Assembly (NCBI GenBank): GCA_958009085.1
Contig: OY253689.1
Span: 62,001 to 126,000 of the forward strand
Reading direction: 5' to 3'
DNA length: 64,000 nt
Origin: Protoeuglena noctilucae
Lineage: Eukaryota
A program made the position numbers and the translations under genes. Shown piece after piece: positions 60,916-64,000 of this stretch. The notes under the pieces were generated by a model. That model saw nothing but the letters and a program-made list of their open reading frames with translations, ran no database searches and was not told where the DNA came from. Position 1 is the stretch's first letter, and each line of letters opens with the position of its first letter.

Positions 60916-62877
60916 ATGCCGGGCCCCGTTGACGCGCTCATCGAGGACCTGGCGGGCCTGCTGCGGGAGCTCGGGTCCATCTACGAGCACCTTCGCAAAG
61001 CACTCGCGGTGCACGAGGAGACCAACCGGTGAGGATCCCCTGGGAGCGGCGCAGACCGTGGCACGTCCCATCTCGGAACCCAGCGACCGCAGCCGGCGCC
61101 GAGCGCGACACTGGAACCGTCTCTCTGATTGTCCGCGTCACTCTCAGGATCGTGAGGAAGGACCTGGAATGGGCGCGAGCGCAGGCCGAGCGCCAGGGTA
61201 GCGGCGCAGCGGCAGGGCCCTCTGCTGGGGCGCCACCCGCTGCGCCGCAGCCATCCTCCAGCCGGTCGACGGGGGCGCGAGGGCAGGCTGGCCCGGAGCG
61301 TCAGGCATCTCGGGGTCTACAGAAGGCAGCGGGTGGTGCAGCGCGGGGCTCGAGAGAGGCCGTTTCAGAGGGCGGTGGGCGCTCGGCCCCTCGCGGCCTG
61401 GATGATGTGATACGGCTGGGTCGACGCTTCCATGAACTGCGCGAGACCTTCTACCGAGCGTGCGAGGAGCGCGCGAGCGTGGCGAGGGAGCTGGAGGGGT
61501 GAGGGCGTAGTTGGGGTGGCGGTGCAGGGCTGATGGCTGGCGGCGGGGTGACACTGTCTGCGTTCGCCTGGTGTGCAGGGACGCGACGGGGGCGGCCTGG
61601 GAGCGTCCCGGCGTGGACGCTGCGCAGGGCTCGTGGCTCAGCTACGGGGGAGCCGCCACGGGGTTCCTACGGTCGCTACGCGCCAGAACGGGCGCCAGAG
61701 AGGGAGAGGGAGGAGCGAGGGTCACGGCCGCGGACCTGATCGCGGCTCGGTACGTGGCGGCGCGGGAGGCGTGCGCTGCGGTGGTGGATGCTATCGACGC
61801 TGCCGAGGCGGGGGTGCTCAGTCACGAAGCGCTGCAGGCGGCAACGCAGGTGAGGGCGATGAGGTATTTCTGGGTTAGCTAACGTGCATGACTTGCTCTG
61901 ATGCTGCTATCCATCCCCTCGCCTCGCCTATCCTCCCCTTTGGCACCGCAGACGCTTTGGACCGAGGCAGCCGCAGCCCGGGAGCTCTGCGATGAGGGCG
62001 ACCGCCTCGTCGCCAACACTATAGCGGGACCCGACGAACTCTTCTGGCGCAACCGGGCCCTGCGATTCGTCTTGGCAGACCGTGACCGCACACGCACAGA
62101 GAGGGACAGCACGGGTGCTATTGCCACCCAGGGCTCTGGGGTACCACCCAGGGGGGGACACGGCACCCTCGATACCGCTACCACGCAACCACCACCACCC
62201 AACCACCTACCAGCTTCGTCATCTGTGTCACCCGCTGCGGCTCTGGCCCAGCGCAGGGCAGAGTCCGAGCGCCTGGCGAACCGGTGGCTGCCTGAAACGG
62301 TGGCCCTGCCCGCCTCGCCCATGCAAGTCGCCATGTCGGTTGCCCACGACAGCACCGCACATGCATCCCACGTGACACCGAGCCACGCACGCCAACCGCC
62401 ACCACACCCTACGTCCCTGCCTCCTCTACTGTGCTTGGATGTCCGTGACTGGGCCACGGTGCCTGTGTTCTTCAAAGCATCACATCAGCTGCAGGCCGCG
62501 GCTCTCGGTGCCCACATCCAGGCCCTGGCATTGCGGCTGTCCACGCCCGCATGGGCCGACACCGTGGCGGCCAGGCTGGGGGTTGGTGCGGGCGGCCAGG
62601 GGAGTGACGACCAGGTGAGGGAGGGCGGGGCATGCATGCGGGCTGTGGAGTTGTTACAAGGAGGTGATTCGCATCATGATGGGTGTTGGGTGTCATCTGG
62701 GTCACCCACGTGATTATATTTACTGTACCTGCTATATCCACCTCTTCGCAGGACCTGGTCAATGAGATGGAGGACCTGGTGGCGTGGCTGCGGGTGGTGG
62801 TGGGGTGCGCGGGGACGGGGCGGGGGGCGCCCCTCACGGCCGTGGTGCCCGTGGACACCGTCGATGTGGGGATATGA
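60916..62877 (+). CDS. Hypothetical multi-exon, largely alpha-helical protein
   Basis: In-frame GT-AG joins give MPGPVDALIEDLAGLLRELGSIYEHLRKAL...|IVRKDLEWARAQ...|...|TLWTEAAAARELCDEGDRLV...|DLVNEMEDLVAWLRVVV. No family recognised. Confidence 0.55.
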
Positions 62878-63136
62878 TATATGATGAGGATTAGTGACTA
62901 TTCTGTGAGTTGCTGTGGATGTGTGGGGCAGTGAGAGGGATGCAGAGTAGCAGGTGTTGATGCACGTTGGATAGTTGTATCTGGGTCTTAGCATTCCAGC
63001 AATTGCTTGTAATTGGCAATCGTGTCTTTGCTTGATGCCCAATCCGTGATTCAAGCAGCACTAGCACTCTCGCTGCTTTCAGCTCCCACTGGCCGCCATG
63101 CACGATATGTCAACGATTGCACAATGCTGAGCACTA

Positions 63137-64000
63137 TTATGGCTGCACCAGGTACACCCGCTGCCCCTCCACCCGCACCAGCGCTGATTGCCTCAGCCCC
63201 TGCATGGCCGCCTCCTCGGCACCCGCGACCCCCTGCATGCCCTGCCGCCTGCGAGTGACAAGAGGTGAAAAGCGATTCATAGTTGCCATCAAGCAGCTCT
63301 GACATGGTGTGTGAGATTGTTACCGAGCAAGGCAGAGTATGGGTGACAGCAACCACCCGTCCCACACCTGAGTATCTTGGACACCAGTTTGTCCAGGCTG
63401 ACGTCCTCACGGCCGTGCGACCGCATCGCCGACGCAGCCACGGCGCCCCAGTCCACGCCCGTGGCATTTTGCACATGGTCCCCGCGATGGTCCTTGTGAC
63501 CATCCGCATGACCCTTGCTGTGCCCGTCACCACCATGAGTGTCCTTGTGACCATCGGCGTGACCGTTGCTGCCATCAGCCTCACTGACGGGTCGGCCGCT
63601 TTCAGCACCCGTGCCACCCCCATGCGTACTAGGCACGCGCACGTCCCCCTCCGCAGCACCAGCACCACCACCACTCACATCTCCCTCGCCACCCATATGC
63701 TGGTCCACCACCCCACCGCTCGCACCCAAACCCTCGGTCCCTTCCCTGCGCCTCTTGCTCTCATCCCCATCCTCTCCTTTCTTCCTATCCCCCTTATCCC
63801 TCTTCCGCTTCTTTTCCCTTTTTGCCCCATCCCCTACCTCTCCCCTCTCCCTTCCCTTCTTATCCCTTGCTCTATCCTTCTTGCCCCCCCTCTCAGCCCG
63901 ACCACCAGCCCCCTCTTCCCCTCCCACCTCCCCCGACACCCCCACCTGTTCCCCAACCACCCTGCCACCCTTATCCACCTTATCCCCTCCCTCTGCAGCC
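63137..64000 (-). CDS. 3' part of a Lys/Arg-rich protein ending in a LYAR-like C-terminal domain (5' end outside the window)
   Basis: A basic KREKKRKRDK region, then VDWGAVAASAMRSHGREDVSLDKLVSKILR|RQG...GLRQSALVRVEGQRVYLVQP*. This resembles the LYAR C-terminal pattern (W...L...I/L-x-KL...VEG-x-RV-x-L). Confidence 0.5.

Noticed and set aside
1..64000. Introner-like family of near-identical introns shared between genes
   Set aside because: I saw no intron sequence repeated between different genes; the repeats found are local. An all-versus-all alignment would be needed to exclude this fully.

Overview
Eukaryotic nuclear DNA: GC-rich, gene-dense and full of short spliceosomal introns. The gene content points to a flagellated green alga (inference): ciliary genes ZMYND10, TMEM216 and PPP1R42 occur with plastid-related genes MraY, CCB3 and an HCF107/Mbb1-like HAT protein. 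I can support about 26 spliced protein-coding genes and see no rRNA, tRNA, CRISPR array or recognisable transposase. The main observations are: (1) a compositionally atypical, lower-GC region (~39.4-43.3 kb) holding a 6-exon gene with an RGG region, a NYN/PIN-like RNase fold and a right-handed beta-helix, directly after an apparently damaged and truncated HrpB helicase gene; (2) an MraY with Asn in place of the conserved FMGD Asp; (3) an SF3A1 that stops just before its ubiquitin-like domain; (4) at least nine AG|GCRAG (GC-AG) splice donors; (5) several introns that carry copies of their own splice junctions; (6) a ZMYND10 with a different C-terminal domain in place of the MYND finger. Gene models were assembled by eye from reading frames and splice signals. 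Family calls come from recalled motifs, not database searches.
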